In this document: positions 1-8,465 of the stretch, in pieces
Layout of the letters: every line of letters begins with the position of its first letter
Position numbering within the stretch: position 1 is the first letter of the stretch
Assembly: GCA_964608505.1 (NCBI GenBank)
Contig: CAZSOV010000004.1
Coordinates: forward strand, 4,098-68,097
Source of the DNA: an uncultured Verrucomicrobiota bacterium
GTDB taxonomy: Bacteria > Verrucomicrobiota > Verrucomicrobiia > Limisphaerales > CAIMTB01
Reading direction: 5' to 3'
DNA: 64,000 bases
Translations under genes and position numbers: made by a program
The notes under the pieces: generated by a model
Database searches by the model: none
What the model was told of the DNA's origin: nothing
What the model saw: the letters and a program-made list of their open reading frames with translations, nothing else

Positions 1-656
1 ATCCCGACGACAACAACGACCGGCTGACGGCGCCCGGCAACAGCGCCACCGAGCCCTATGCGTGGGTCGCGGGCTGGCTCGATTTCCTCCCCGGCACGCG
101 CGACAACACGAACATCCAGGATCTGCTGGACCCGAAGCGGGCGATGTTTGCCCCGTACCTGCAATCCGCGGCGGTGTACAAGTGCCCGGCCGACATGAGC
201 GCGGTGCGGATTGGGGGCCGGCTGCACCCGCGGGTGCGCAGCATGGGCATGAGTCAGGCGATGGGCGGACCGGGAGACTGGCTCAACCCACCTTCCATGG
301 CGGCCCAGACCAAGTACAAGGTGTACTACAAGAGCACCGATTTCGCCCCGCCGGGGCCGTCCCAGCTGTACGTGCTGCTGGACGAGCACCCGGACAGCAT
401 CAACGCGGGCGGGTTCGCCAACCAGATGGTGGAGAGTCCGGCGGCGGCGCGGATCATCGATTTCCCGGCGAGCTACCACAACGGCGCGGCCGGCCTGAGC
501 TTCGCGGACGGCCATGCCGAGATCAAAAAGTGGGTGGACCCCCGGACTCGTCCGCCGGTCTACAACGGAAAACAGGTCCTCGGGTTGAACGTCGCCTCGC
601 CGAACAACCGCGACATGATCTGGCTTTCGGACCGGACGACCATTCTGAGGCAGTAA
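1..656 (+). CDS. H-X9-DG prepilin-type (DUF1559-like) protein, C-terminal part; the 5' end is outside the window
   Basis: Frame 3 is open from nt 3 to TAA at 654-656. Motif [15 protein letters not shown] has H, nine residues, then DG. It is a clear paralog of 7471..8307 (shared YKCPAD, PRVRS, DEH/DERxDSINxG, FPASYH, LSFADGHxEIKKW, SPNNRD). Confidence 0.85.
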   Translation, partial: PDDNNDRLTAPGNSATEPYAWVAGWLDFLPGTRDNTNIQDLLDPKRAMFAPYLQSAAVYKCPADMSAVRIGGRLHPRVRSMGMSQAMGGPGDWLNPPSMAAQTKYKVYYKSTDFAPPGPSQLYVLLDEHPDSINAGGFANQMVESPAAARIIDFPASYHNGAAGLSFADGHAEIKKWVDPRTRPPVYNGKQVLGLNVASPNNRDMIWLSDRTTILRQ

Positions 657-673
657 GTCACCGCCAGGGGCGC

Positions 674-1957
674 TCAGCCGTGCCCGTGTTCGGAGGCGGC
701 GAGCGGCGCGTCGGGCTCGACGGCGGCGGGGGAACGGGGGGGGAATTCGCCCTCCCACCGGCCGACGACGGCGGTGGCGAGGCAGTTGCCGACGAGGTTC
801 ACGGTGGTGCGGGCCATGTCCATGAGCTCGTCGACGCCCATGATGATGACGACGCCCTCGAGGGGGAGGCCGAAGGTGACGAGGGTGCCGGCGAGGATGA
901 CCTGGGAGGCGCGGGGGACGCCGGCCATGCCCTTGCTGGTGAGCATGAGGGTGATCATCATCGAGAGTTGCTGGCCGAGGGTCATTTCGACGCCGGCGGC
1001 CTGGGCGACGAAGATGGAGGCGATGGCGAGGTAGAGGGTGGAGCCGTCGAGGTTGAAGGAATAGCCGAGGGGCATGACGAGGGAGACGATGCGGCGGGGG
1101 ACGCCGAAGCGGGTCATGCGCTCCATGGCATCGGGCAGGGCGGCGTCGGAGGAGGTGGTGGAGAAGGCGAGGAGGGCGGGTTCGCGGATGGCGACGAGGA
1201 ACTTCTTCACGGGGACGCGGGCCCAGAGGGCGGCGGGGAGGAGGACGGCGACGCAGAAGACGACGAGGGCGCCGTAGAGGGTGAGGATGAGCTTGGCGAG
1301 GTTGAGGAGGACGCCGAGGCCGCTGTGTCCGACGGTGTAGGCCATGGCGGCGCCGATGCCGAAGGGGGCGAACATCATGACGATCCCGACGAACTTGAAC
1401 ATCACCTGGGCGAGGGAATCGCAGAAGCGGATCATGGGTTCGCGCTGGGCGGCGGGCACCTGGACGAGGGCGACGGCGAACATCATGGAGAAGACGACCA
1501 CCTGGAGGACATCGTTGGCGGCGGCGGCCTCGAAGAAGCTTTTGGGGACGATGTGCTCGATGATCTCGGTGAACGTCACCTTTTTGGCGACCACCTGCCC
1601 GGTGCTGGTGCCCGACGGGGGGAGGACGATGCCGTCGCCGGGGCGGGTGAGGTTGACGGCGCCGAGGCCGACGACCAGGGCGAGGGTGGTGACGATCTCG
1701 AAATAGACGATGGATCGGAAGGCGAGGCGCCCGACGACGCGGAGGTCGTCGCTATGCCCGGCGATGCCGACGACGAGCGTCGAGAAGACCAGCGGCACGA
1801 GCAGGCACTTGATCATGCGCAGGAACACGTTCGAGACGACGCGGAGGTGGATGGGGTCCGCCTGGTAGACATGGAACAGGGCTCCGACGCCGATGCCGAC
1901 GACCATGCTGATCATGATCCATTGCGTGAGGCTGATCCGGCGCAGGCGTTGCCACAT
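674..1957 (-). CDS. dicarboxylate/amino acid:cation symporter (DAACS family, GltP/DctA-like)
   Basis: 427-aa ORF with an ATG start (cat at 1955-1957). Polytopic hydrophobic protein with DAACS-like segments (AFSTTSSDAALP, SFNLDGSTLY, VDELMDMARTTVNLVGN). Confidence 0.9.
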   Translation of the reverse strand: MWQRLRRISLTQWIMISMVVGIGVGALFHVYQADPIHLRVVSNVFLRMIKCLLVPLVFSTLVVGIAGHSDDLRVVGRLAFRSIVYFEIVTTLALVVGLGAVNLTRPGDGIVLPPSGTSTGQVVAKKVTFTEIIEHIVPKSFFEAAAANDVLQVVVFSMMFAVALVQVPAAQREPMIRFCDSLAQVMFKFVGIVMMFAPFGIGAAMAYTVGHSGLGVLLNLAKLILTLYGALVVFCVAVLLPAALWARVPVKKFLVAIREPALLAFSTTSSDAALPDAMERMTRFGVPRRIVSLVMPLGYSFNLDGSTLYLAIASIFVAQAAGVEMTLGQQLSMMITLMLTSKGMAGVPRASQVILAGTLVTFGLPLEGVVIIMGVDELMDMARTTVNLVGNCLATAVVGRWEGEFPPRSPAAVEPDAPLAASEHGHG

Positions 1958-2054
1958 GGGCGCTCATGTCCCGGAAGTTGGCCGTCCAGAGCAAGCACGA
2001 ACTCTCCGGTTGTCGGCGGGTTCCGCCGCGGGCACGGTGGATCTCATCCCTGCC

Positions 2055-4394
2055 ATGAAACGCCCTCCCCGCTTTCTTCCGGGTTTGCTCCTCGGCCTTG
2101 TCGCGTTCCGAACCCTGGCCGAGCCCGTCCTGCTCTCCCCGCCCGGGGCGCCTTTTCCGGGCACGGCTCCGCTGGAAATGACGGGCGACATCGCCTCCAA
2201 CCTGGTCTCGGGCGTGCACCGGTTCGTGGATCGCCAGGCGGACGTCGTCGAGGCGGCGCGGGCGCGGCTCTGGGCCGACCTGCCGGCGTCCGGTGACGCC
2301 CGCGAGAGCGCGCTGGTCACGAACCGCGCCCGGCTCGCGAGGCTGCTCGGAGTCGTCGAGACCCGCCCCTCGTTGCGGGCCCTCGAGTTCGTGGCGTCGA
2401 CCGTCCAGTCCTCGCTCGTCGCGACCTCGGGCGCGGTGCGGGTTGATGCCATCCGGTGGACGGCGTTCGGCGATGTGGAGGCGGAGGGGTTGCTGCTCCA
2501 GCCCGCGGACGGCGTGGCGGGTTTGGACGTGGTGGCCCTGCCGGACGCGGATGTCACGCCGGAGCAGTTGGCGGGCGTCGAGCCCGGCGTGGCGCCCGAG
2601 TCCCAGTTCGCGCGGCGGCTGGCCGAGAGCGGCTGCCGGGTGGTCGTTCCCTACCTGATCAACCGGAACAAGGGCGAGTCGAAGGTGGCCTGGGACGCGG
2701 GGCGGGGGCGGAACCTGTCGAATCGGGAGTATCTGCATCGCGCGGCGTTCGAGATGGGGCGGACCCTGGCCGGATACGAGGTCACGAAGATCATGGCCGC
2801 GGTGGATGGCCTGCGGCAGGACGCGCCGAGCCGCCCGGTGGGGGTCATCGGGTGGGGCGAAGGCGGACGCCTGGCGTTGTACGCGGCGGCGCTCGACACG
2901 CGCCTCGGCGCGTGCGGCGTGAGTGGGTATTTCGGTCCCCGCGGACGGGTCTGGCAGGAGCCCTTGGATCGCAACGTGCAGGGTCTTCTCGAGCGGTTCG
3001 GCGACGCGGAGATCGCGGCCCTCATCGTGCCCCGGAGCCTGGTGATCGAGGCGGCCCGCGGGCCCGTGGCGGAGTTCGCCAGCGACGGCGGGGCTCCGGG
3101 ACGGTTGGGCACGCCGGACGTGGCGGGCGTGCGGGCCGAGTTCGAGCGGGCGCGGCAACGGATCGGAGCCGCCATTCCCGCCTCGCGCCTTGTGCTGGTG
3201 ACGAGCGGGGAGGGCACGGGAGCCTTTGGTTCGGCGGGGGCGCTCGAGGCGTTTCTTGGCGGACTGCGGCCCGGGGCGGCGTTGTCCGCGGAGGGGGAAC
3301 GTCCGCGGGACCTGCGGCAGTTCACGGATCCCCGGGCGCGCGCGGACCGGCAGCGGCGGCAGATCGATCTGCACACACAACGGCTGTTGCTACGGGGGGC
3401 GGATGTCCGGCGCGACTTCCTGAAGGGCCTCGACACGAAGTCCGCGGAAGCCTTCGCGGCGAGCCAGGTCCGGTACCGGGAGATTTTCGACCGCGAGGTC
3501 ATCGGGCGATTCGAGGGGCCGATGTTGGCGCCGGCGGCGCGTTCGCGGCAGGCGTACGACGATCCGAAGTGGCGGGGATACGAGGTGGTTCTGGACGTGT
3601 TCCCGGACGTCATCGCGTACGGGCTGTTGCTGGTGCCGAAGGATCTGAAGGAAGGGGAGCGGCGCCCGGTGGTGGTCTGCCAGCACGGGCTGGAGGGACG
3701 TCCGCAGCACGTGATCGGCAAGGAGGGTTCGGAGTACTATTCGGCGTTTGCGGCGAAGCTGGCGGAGCGTGGCTTCGTGACCTTCGCGCCGCAGAACCTG
3801 TACCTCTTCCGGGATCGGTTCCGGGAGTTGCAGCGGAAGCTGAATCCGCTGGGGAAGACCCTGTTCTCGGTCATCACGCCGCAGCACCAGCAGATCGTGG
3901 ACTGGCTGGAGACGATCCCGTTCGTCGATCCGCAGCGGATCGGGTTTTACGGCCTGAGTTACGGGGGCAAGACGGCGATGCGGGTGCCGGCGCTGGTGAC
4001 GGACTACTGCCTGAGCATCTGTTCGGCGGACTTCAACGAGTGGGTGTGGAAGAACGCCTCCACGGACAGTCCCTACAGCTACGTGTGGACGGGCGAGTAC
4101 GAGATTTTCGAGTGGGATTTGGGGCACACGTTCAACTACGCGGAGATGGCGGCGCTGATCGCCCCGCGTCCGTTCATGGTGGAACGCGGCCACTTCGACG
4201 GCGTGGCGCCGGACGAGACGGTGGGATACGAGTTCGGCAAGGTCCGGCACCTGTACGCGGCGCGGCTGAAGCGTCCGCCCGAGGATTGCCAGCTCGAATG
4301 GTTCGTCGGTCCGCACTCGATCCACGGCGTGGGGACGTACGAGTTCCTGCATCGGCACCTGAAATGGCCGGCGCCGGGGCGCCAGGGCGATTGA
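2055..4394 (+). CDS. secreted tandem alpha/beta-hydrolase-fold protein (dienelactone hydrolase / esterase-like); the first repeat lacks the nucleophile
   Basis: ATG at 2055 followed by a signal-like MKRPPRFLPGLLLGLVAFRTLA. The C-terminal domain has a GLSYGG nucleophile elbow. The N-terminal domain aligns to it but reads GWGEGG. Stop TGA at 4392-4394 lies inside the MITE terminal repeat. Confidence 0.85.
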   Translation: MKRPPRFLPGLLLGLVAFRTLAEPVLLSPPGAPFPGTAPLEMTGDIASNLVSGVHRFVDRQADVVEAARARLWADLPASGDARESALVTNRARLARLLGVVETRPSLRALEFVASTVQSSLVATSGAVRVDAIRWTAFGDVEAEGLLLQPADGVAGLDVVALPDADVTPEQLAGVEPGVAPESQFARRLAESGCRVVVPYLINRNKGESKVAWDAGRGRNLSNREYLHRAAFEMGRTLAGYEVTKIMAAVDGLRQDAPSRPVGVIGWGEGGRLALYAAALDTRLGACGVSGYFGPRGRVWQEPLDRNVQGLLERFGDAEIAALIVPRSLVIEAARGPVAEFASDGGAPGRLGTPDVAGVRAEFERARQRIGAAIPASRLVLVTSGEGTGAFGSAGALEAFLGGLRPGAALSAEGERPRDLRQFTDPRARADRQRRQIDLHTQRLLLRGADVRRDFLKGLDTKSAEAFAASQVRYREIFDREVIGRFEGPMLAPAARSRQAYDDPKWRGYEVVLDVFPDVIAYGLLLVPKDLKEGERRPVVVCQHGLEGRPQHVIGKEGSEYYSAFAAKLAERGFVTFAPQNLYLFRDRFRELQRKLNPLGKTLFSVITPQHQQIVDWLETIPFVDPQRIGFYGLSYGGKTAMRVPALVTDYCLSICSADFNEWVWKNASTDSPYSYVWTGEYEIFEWDLGHTFNYAEMAALIAPRPFMVERGHFDGVAPDETVGYEFGKVRHLYAARLKRPPEDCQLEWFVGPHSIHGVGTYEFLHRHLKWPAPGRQGD

Positions 4395-4559
4395 CAAGGT
4401 CGATGGGGGCCCGCGACCGGCTCCCCGCCCTAGCGGTTGCGCGACGGCGGGCCGGGTCGCGGGGCGATCGAAGCAGGCGAATCGAGAGGCGAAGCCGGCG
4501 ACTTGGCAGTCGCCGGCCCCACGTCGCCGTTCCACGCAGGACTTTGTCAACGGCCCTGA
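4383..4559. mobile_element. MITE-like non-autonomous element, copy 1 (177 bp)
   Basis: Terminal inverted repeats CAGGGCGATTGACAAGGTC and GACTTTGTCAACGGCCCTG. Perfect 9-bp direct repeat CCGGGGCGC flanks it at 4374-4382 and 4560-4568. Internal 10-bp-stem hairpin GCCGGCGACT-TGGC-AGTCGCCGGC. Homologous to 14191..14335 in the opposite orientation. Confidence 0.8.
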
Positions 4560-4614
4560 CCGGGGCGCTGAGGCGGCACGGTCCCGGCTGGCGCGCGGGG
4601 CGCTGGCTGCTACG

Positions 4615-5694
4615 GTGCGCCGCGTGCTGCGCAACGTGATTTTCGACTGGTCGGGGACGCTGGTGGACGACCTGCCGGCGGTGTTGGAGGCGACGAACCA
4701 CGTGCTGCGCCAGGCGGGACTTCCGGAGATGACGCGGGACCGGTTTCGGGCGGAGTTCCAGCTGCCGTTCACGGGCTTCTACGAGAAGTACCTCCCGCAC
4801 GTCCCGATGGAGCAGCTGGAAGCGTGGTTCCACGGGAGGTTTCGCGAGGTTCAGCATTCGGTGGAGGAACTGCCGCACGCACGGGCCTTCCTTGAGTGGT
4901 GCCGGGAGCGCGGCCTGCGGACCCTGCTGTTGACGACGATGCACCCGGATCACTATGCGGTGCAGACCCGGGCCAACCGGTTCGACGCGTTTCTGGACCA
5001 TCCCTACCTGGGCGTCTGGGACAAGCGGGAGAAGATCCACGAGATCCTGGCCCGGCACGCGCTGGTGCCCGCGGAGACGGTGTTCATCGGCGACATGGAG
5101 CATGACGTCGAGACCGCACGGCACGGCGGGATACGGAGCGTGGCCGTGCTCACCGGGTACAACAACGGACGGCAGCTGCGTCAGGCCGGACCCGACCTGA
5201 TCGTCGAGCACCTGGGCGAATTGCGCTCCATCCTCGAGCGGAACGGGCTGGAGTTGCGCCCCGCGGCGGGCACGGAGGGGGGGCGTCGCGCCCCGGTGGT
5301 GACCGTGGGCGCGGCCATCTTCGACGAGGCCGGGCGGGTCCTGATGGTGCGGACCCACAAGTGGTCGGATCGCTGGGGGATTCCGGGCGGCAAGGTCAAG
5401 TACGGGGAATCCTGCGAGGACGCGCTGCGGCGGGAGTTGGAGGAGGAGACGGGCCTCGACGTCGCGGAGGTGCGGTTCGTGCTGGTGCAGGACTGCATCC
5501 ATTCCGAGGAGTTCTATCGCGACGAACATTTCGTGCTGCTCAACTACCGCTGCGTGACCTCCCGCCCGGAGTCGGTGCGGCTCAACGACGAGGCCCAGGA
5601 ATTTCGCTGGCTGGCCCCGGGCGAGGCGCTCGGCCTGGATTTGAACCGCCCGACCCGCGTCCTGCTCGAGGCGTTGACCTCCCGCCATGCCTGA
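4615..5694 (+). CDS. HAD-superfamily hydrolase fused to a Nudix hydrolase domain
   Basis: N-terminal HAD motifs: FDWSGTLVDD (motif I with Ser at Asp+2), LLLTT, K in WDKREK, GDMEHD. C-terminal perfect Nudix box GKVKYGESCEDALRRELEEETGL. GTG start at 4615 (alternative GTG at 4624). The stop overlaps the folB start by 8 nt. Confidence 0.88.
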   Translation: MRRVLRNVIFDWSGTLVDDLPAVLEATNHVLRQAGLPEMTRDRFRAEFQLPFTGFYEKYLPHVPMEQLEAWFHGRFREVQHSVEELPHARAFLEWCRERGLRTLLLTTMHPDHYAVQTRANRFDAFLDHPYLGVWDKREKIHEILARHALVPAETVFIGDMEHDVETARHGGIRSVAVLTGYNNGRQLRQAGPDLIVEHLGELRSILERNGLELRPAAGTEGGRRAPVVTVGAAIFDEAGRVLMVRTHKWSDRWGIPGGKVKYGESCEDALRRELEEETGLDVAEVRFVLVQDCIHSEEFYRDEHFVLLNYRCVTSRPESVRLNDEAQEFRWLAPGEALGLDLNRPTRVLLEALTSRHA

Positions 5695-6040
5695 CGTCAT
5701 CCGAATTCACGGTCTCGAGGTCTTCCACCGGGTCGGCGTTCCGGAAGCCGAACGGGCCCGGGCGCAGCGCCTGCTCCTCGATCTGGAGATGGAGGTGGAC
5801 GTGACCGACGCGGCGGCGGGGGACGACCTGAGCCGGACCATCGATTACTCGGCGGTTTCGCGGCGGCTCCGCGAACTGGGGGCCGGTCGTGAATGGCGGT
5901 TGATCGAGACCCTGGCCGTCGAGGTCGCGGACGTGCTGTTGCACGAATTCGGGGCGCGCCGGGCCCGGGTGGAGGTGCGGAAGTTCATCCTTCCCGAGGC
6001 GGAATACGTGGCGGTGCGGGTGGAACGTCCGCTCCCCTGA
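5687..6040 (+). CDS. folB: dihydroneopterin aldolase
   Basis: 117-aa ORF. IRIHGLEVFHRVGVPEAERARAQRLLLDLEMEVD...DDLSRTIDYSAV is typical FolB. ATG at 5687 overlaps the upstream stop. Confidence 0.88.
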   Translation: MPDVIRIHGLEVFHRVGVPEAERARAQRLLLDLEMEVDVTDAAAGDDLSRTIDYSAVSRRLRELGAGREWRLIETLAVEVADVLLHEFGARRARVEVRKFILPEAEYVAVRVERPLP

Positions 6041-6295
6041 CCCGGCGCGAGTCCGCGACCGCAGGGCGCCGCGTGAGGGCACGCGGCCTACAGCGGACGG
6101 AGGCGCGAACCTGTAGCCGGGTCCCCCGACCCGGCGAGAGTCCGCGACCGCACGGCGCCGCGTGGGGGCACGCGGCCTACAACGGACGGAGGCGCGAACC
6201 TGTAGGCCGGGTCCCCTGACCCGGCGAGAGTCCGCGACCGCACGGCGCCGCGTGGGGGCACGCGGCCTACAGCGGGCGGACGCGCGGACCTGTCA
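6039..6295. repeat. tandem repeat, three units of about 89-90 bp, each carrying GC-rich hairpins (REP-like)
   Basis: Units start at 6039, 6128 and 6218 (GACCCGGCG[C/A]GAGTCCGCGACCGCA...). Each unit contains GCCGCGTG-[A/G]GGG-CACGCGGC (8-bp stem). Unit 2 also has a perfect GGCCTACA...TGTAGGCC stem, imperfect in unit 1 and degraded in unit 3. The array spans the whole gap between the convergent folB and GH5 stop codons. Confidence 0.9.
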
Positions 6296-7375
6296 GTGCG
6301 CCCGCAGCAGCTCCAGCATGGCGCGGTCGAGTCGATGGCCGCGGAAGTCCTCGTAGGGGACGTCGGTTCGTCCGCTGTCGAGCACGCCGAAGCTGCCGCG
6401 CAGGTTCCACAGCGCCCAGCCCCAGCCCGCCTCCTGCCAGAGTTCGAGTTGGTCCCGCATCCAGGCGAGGGTCACCGCATGCGGGGTTCGGTTGTGCGTG
6501 CCCCACTCGCCGACATGCACGCCCACCCCGCGTTTTTCGAGGGCCTGCCACGGCGCGATCCGCTCGCGGCGCAGGCGATCCTTGTCCCAGACCGGACGGC
6601 CCTCCTCCGGCAGCGGCCAGGTTGGGTCGGCCCAGCGATCCGAGCCGTTCACCCATCCGGCCTTGTGGTGGCTCACGCGCATCGGGTCGTAGCCGCGCGT
6701 GCTCTGTCCGATGCCCAGGCCGACGAATCCCTCGACGGGATCGCGTCCCCACCTCAGGCCGTCGGCGATGATCAGACGGTTCGGGTCCTCGGCGCGGATG
6801 GCCGCCACGAGATGCTTCACCACGCGCACGTAGGTTTCGGCGGGGATGTCGGGCGGTTCGTTGAGCAGGTCGAAGCTGACTTCCCGGTTGGGCCGGCCCC
6901 GATACCGGCGCGCGAAGGCGGCCCAGTGTGCGGCACAGGCATCCAGCGCCTCGGCGTCCTTCCACAGATCCAGCGGTTCCTTGGGCGGGTTCACGCAATA
7001 GCCCGGCGCACGATGGAGGTTGAGGTTGATGTGGATGCCGTACTTCCTGCCTTGATCCACGGCCTGGTCCACATGGGCGAGTTGCGCCTCGTCCATCACC
7101 CGCCAACGGGCCGGGTCGGGGTCGGACCAGCACTGGTAGGACATGGGCAGCCGCGCGAAGTCGAAGCCCCATTCCTGCATGATCTGGAAGTCGGACTCGC
7201 GGAAGGCGGGGTCGCCGTCGCGGCGGTGGCTGAACTTCTCCAGGAGGTTGAACCCGCGCCAGCGGGGCAGTTTTGCGGCGGAGGGCTCGCGCGCGGTCGT
7301 CGCCGGCTGGGCGAGGAGTGCGGGGGCGGCCAGCGAACCGGCCGCGGTGAGCGTGAGGAAGGAACGTCGATTCAT
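6293..7375 (-). CDS. glycoside hydrolase family 5 (cellulase/mannanase-type), Tat-signal
   Basis: ATG at 7375 gives MNRRSFLTLTAAGSLAAPALLAQP (twin-arginine signal). FDLLNEP carries the acid/base Glu and HVGEWG the nucleophile Glu. The upstream part of the 435-aa ORF is Pro/Arg-rich and was rejected. Confidence 0.88.
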   Translation of the reverse strand: MNRRSFLTLTAAGSLAAPALLAQPATTAREPSAAKLPRWRGFNLLEKFSHRRDGDPAFRESDFQIMQEWGFDFARLPMSYQCWSDPDPARWRVMDEAQLAHVDQAVDQGRKYGIHINLNLHRAPGYCVNPPKEPLDLWKDAEALDACAAHWAAFARRYRGRPNREVSFDLLNEPPDIPAETYVRVVKHLVAAIRAEDPNRLIIADGLRWGRDPVEGFVGLGIGQSTRGYDPMRVSHHKAGWVNGSDRWADPTWPLPEEGRPVWDKDRLRRERIAPWQALEKRGVGVHVGEWGTHNRTPHAVTLAWMRDQLELWQEAGWGWALWNLRGSFGVLDSGRTDVPYEDFRGHRLDRAMLELLRAH

Positions 7376-7470
7376 GGTGTTTGCCTGTCCTTTCCGAATT
7401 CGTCTGCGCGAGGCCGGACGGGTGGCGGTCCGGGTGGGAGCTCCGCCGGCGTGAAGCGGTTTTTGATGAC

Positions 7471-8307
7471 TCAGGATTTCACCTTGCGGGTGGAGCGTTC
7501 CATGAGCCAGAGGCAGTCGCGGTTGTTGGGGGAGGGGACGTTGAGCGGGAGGTCGTAGGTCTTGGAACGGAGCGGCGGCATGGTGCGGCCGTCCTTCCAT
7601 TTCTTGATCTCGGAATGGCCGTCGGCGAAGGAGAGACCGCCGGCGCTGCCGTGATAGCTGGCGGGGTAGTCAACCATCTTCCACTGGGCGGGAGCGTCGG
7701 GATAGCCATCCATGCCGACGCAGAACTCGCCGTCGTTGATGCTGTCCTCGCGTTCGTCGATGAAGATCCAGGTCATGCTGGGGCCGGGGTCGGCGAGGTC
7801 GTTCATGGACAGGTAGACGCGGAAGCCGGCGCCGAAGCTGGTGACGTCCGTGGAGTTGAACCAGGCGTTCATGGAGATGCTGCGGACGCGGGGGCGGAGG
7901 ACGCCGGAGACCTTGACGGAGCTTTTGTCGGCGGGGCACTTGTAGATGGCCGCGGCGTTGCCGGAGTAAGGCCAGAGGAGGCCCTTCTTGATGTCCTGCT
8001 CGATGTCCCAGTTGCTGCGGTTGCCGGCGTTGGCATCGAGGCTGCCGTTCATCCACTGGCCCGGTCCATAGGAGGGCGGGACCTTCTCGTTGTGGTCCTC
8101 GACGTACATTCTCCAGCCGAGGGTGAGCTGGCGTCCGTTGTTCATGCAGAGGATGCCGTGGGCCTTCTGTTTGGAACGGGCCAGGGCGGGCAGGAGCATG
8201 CTCGCGAGGATCGCGATGATCGCGATGACGACGAGGAGTTCGATGAGGGTGAAACCGTGCAGCGGGAAGGGCCGGGTCGAGGAGGTGGAAGCAGGGGAGG
8301 TTTTCAT
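7471..8307 (-). CDS. prepilin-type N-terminal cleavage/methylation domain protein with H-X9-DG motif (DUF1559-like)
   Basis: ATG at 8307. [25 protein letters not shown] is a class III signal with methylation motif. [17 protein letters not shown] is H-X9-DG. Only the last 278 codons of the 943-aa ORF look like protein. Confidence 0.9.
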   Translation of the reverse strand: MKTSPASTSSTRPFPLHGFTLIELLVVIAIIAILASMLLPALARSKQKAHGILCMNNGRQLTLGWRMYVEDHNEKVPPSYGPGQWMNGSLDANAGNRSNWDIEQDIKKGLLWPYSGNAAAIYKCPADKSSVKVSGVLRPRVRSISMNAWFNSTDVTSFGAGFRVYLSMNDLADPGPSMTWIFIDEREDSINDGEFCVGMDGYPDAPAQWKMVDYPASYHGSAGGLSFADGHSEIKKWKDGRTMPPLRSKTYDLPLNVPSPNNRDCLWLMERSTRKVKS

Positions 8308-8465
8308 GGCGCCGCGGGCGTCGTCGGGGAGGCGGGGTGCCGGCCATGGGCACCGTTCCCGACCGGAACGCCGGTTGGTGGGCGAGCGCAAGCTAGGCCG
8401 GGTGCGCAGGAAGGGAAACACCGAAGGGGCGGGGACCCCACGGCGGGTGGCGGGTGACGGGTGGT

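Noticed and set aside
62-2296. 744-aa ORF on the + strand, rich in Gly/Asp/Glu/Ala/His
   Set aside because: Low-complexity composition typical of an out-of-frame or antisense reading of high-GC DNA. It overlaps the well-supported H-X9-DG gene (another frame) and the DAACS symporter (opposite strand).
6039-6295. Possible CRISPR array (regularly spaced repeats)
   Set aside because: The repeats are about 89-90 bp and directly abut one another with no unique spacers, and no cas genes are nearby. I interpret it as a tandem REP-like repeat.
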